Of a stretch of DNA of 56,820 nt, positions 56,106 through 56,820 are shown piece after piece (positions within the stretch are counted from its first letter, which is position 1; each line of letters begins with the position of its first letter). Position numbers and translations under genes: made by a program. This DNA is from an uncultured Spirochaetales bacterium (lineage in GTDB: Bacteria; Spirochaetota; Spirochaetia; JABMQR01). Location: NCBI GenBank assembly GCA_964605195.1, contig CAZSBC010000002.1:3450-60269 (forward strand), in the 5' to 3' direction. Below the pieces are notes generated by a model. That model made no database searches and had not been told where the DNA came from. It worked only from the letters and a program-made list of their open reading frames with translations.

Positions 56106-56820
56106 ATGGAACTGCCAGTATTATCTGTACTTACCAGTATCGAGAAGGAACTGCCTTACAAGCTCTACGGAGCAGGGCATGATTACCAGCAGCTGGAGAT
56201 AGACCGCCCCTTCGGTTTTCCTGTCTACCAGATGATTCTCTGCAAGGAGGGGCATGGGACCCTGTATGTGCATGAGCATGAGTTCCAGGTATATCCCGGA
56301 ATGGCAATCGTCCTCTTTCCCGACGAGAACCACTCCTATTATCCAAAATCTGACAACTGGGTGGTGAGCTGGATATCCTTCGGGGGATATCACCTCAAGG
56401 ATCTGCTCGGGAAGATGAATATAAAGGAGTCTGGGGTCTTCGATGTTGAGAATCCTGACCGGATAGACAAAAAGGTGCAGCAGGCGGTCTCCCTGCTGGG
56501 CGAGCAGTCCACGGCCAGCAGACTGGAATCAAGTGTACTGGTATACTCAATGATTCTCGACTGCTACTACCTCTTCAACAAACAGGGGGATCTGCTCTAC
56601 AAGGATGAGAAGAATATCCTGCAACCGGCTCTCTATATCATCCGCAATGAGTATCGCCGACCTATTACCCTTGATGAACTTTCCAATGCCTGCGGGATGA
56701 GTGTCCAGCACTTCTGCCGCATCTTCAAGGAGGCGCACAACTGCAGGCCCTCCGAATATATTAACTCCATCAGGATATCAAAGAGCATTGAGCTGCTCCT
56801 GAATCATCGCAGCATGAAGA
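56106..56820 (+). CDS. AraC-family transcriptional regulator (cupin sensor plus start of HTH); 3' end lies outside the window
   Basis: My own translation: MELPVLSVLTSIEKELPYKLYGAGHDYQQLEIDRPFGFPVYQMILCKEGHG ... ITLDELSNACGMSVQHFCRIFKEAHNCRPSEYINSIRISKSIELL. The frame is open to the end of the window and is not in the ORF track because no stop is reached. Confidence 0.8.
   Translation, partial: MELPVLSVLTSIEKELPYKLYGAGHDYQQLEIDRPFGFPVYQMILCKEGHGTLYVHEHEFQVYPGMAIVLFPDENHSYYPKSDNWVVSWISFGGYHLKDLLGKMNIKESGVFDVENPDRIDKKVQQAVSLLGEQSTASRLESSVLVYSMILDCYYLFNKQGDLLYKDEKNILQPALYIIRNEYRRPITLDELSNACGMSVQHFCRIFKEAHNCRPSEYINSIRISKSIELLLNHRSMK

Noticed and set aside
1-56820. Searched by eye for CRISPR repeats, tRNA/rRNA, transposase or integrase genes, toxin-antitoxin pairs, restriction-modification or other defence modules, and long direct or inverted repeats marking mobile elements.
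   Set aside because: None found. All large ORFs have metabolic, envelope or housekeeping assignments, and intergenic regions are short (at most 279 bp). Only promoters, operators and hairpins were seen in them. Without tools, short degenerate repeats could have been missed.

Overview
This 56.8-kb window is chromosomal and bacterial. Its gene content (GldG/DUF4340 module, lptCAB-rpoN-hpf, 635-aa acyl-CoA ligase, many ROK/iol genes) suggests a free-living diderm, possibly a spirochaete, but I cannot verify the taxon. I support about 50 CDS and saw no rRNA, tRNA, CRISPR array, transposase, integrase or phage genes.

Gene content, in order:
- The 3' end of a 2-oxoacid:ferredoxin oxidoreductase operon.
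- A large inositol-catabolism island (about 1.5-26.6 kb). It holds two diverged iolD/iolE/iolB/iolI/dehydrogenase modules placed tail-to-tail, a single iolC, a LacI regulator with recognisable palindromic operators, an accessory Gfo/Idh/MocA-TIM barrel-Gfo/Idh/MocA plus FGGY kinase module, an RbsABC-like sugar ABC transporter, a truncated UroD-like ORF and two tandem ROK regulators.
- TlpA/CcdA thiol-disulfide genes and a long-chain acyl-CoA ligase.
- A four-gene ABC-2/GldG-like/DUF4340 module.
- The conserved minus-strand block ymdB-like, rseC, pyrG, lptC-like, lptA-like, lptB, rpoN, hpf.
- A PRC-barrel protein and a CoA-disulfide-reductase/rhodanese fusion.
- A MoxR-DUF58-transglutaminase operon.
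- Several orphan envelope proteins, an MMPL/RND transporter and the 5' part of an AraC regulator.

I found no convincing defence, toxin or mobile system. The most interesting items are:
- the duplicated iol architecture with its non-canonical oxidoreductase/TIM-barrel/kinase branch;
- the tandem ROK pair coupled to a gene remnant;
- a YmdB paralog whose metal ligands look substituted;
- two candidate leaderless transcripts (pyrG, araC-like);
- an uncharacterised envelope cluster next to the MMPL transporter.

Start codons were chosen by Shine-Dalgarno position and N-terminal family conventions. All identities quoted are by-eye estimates, not computed.
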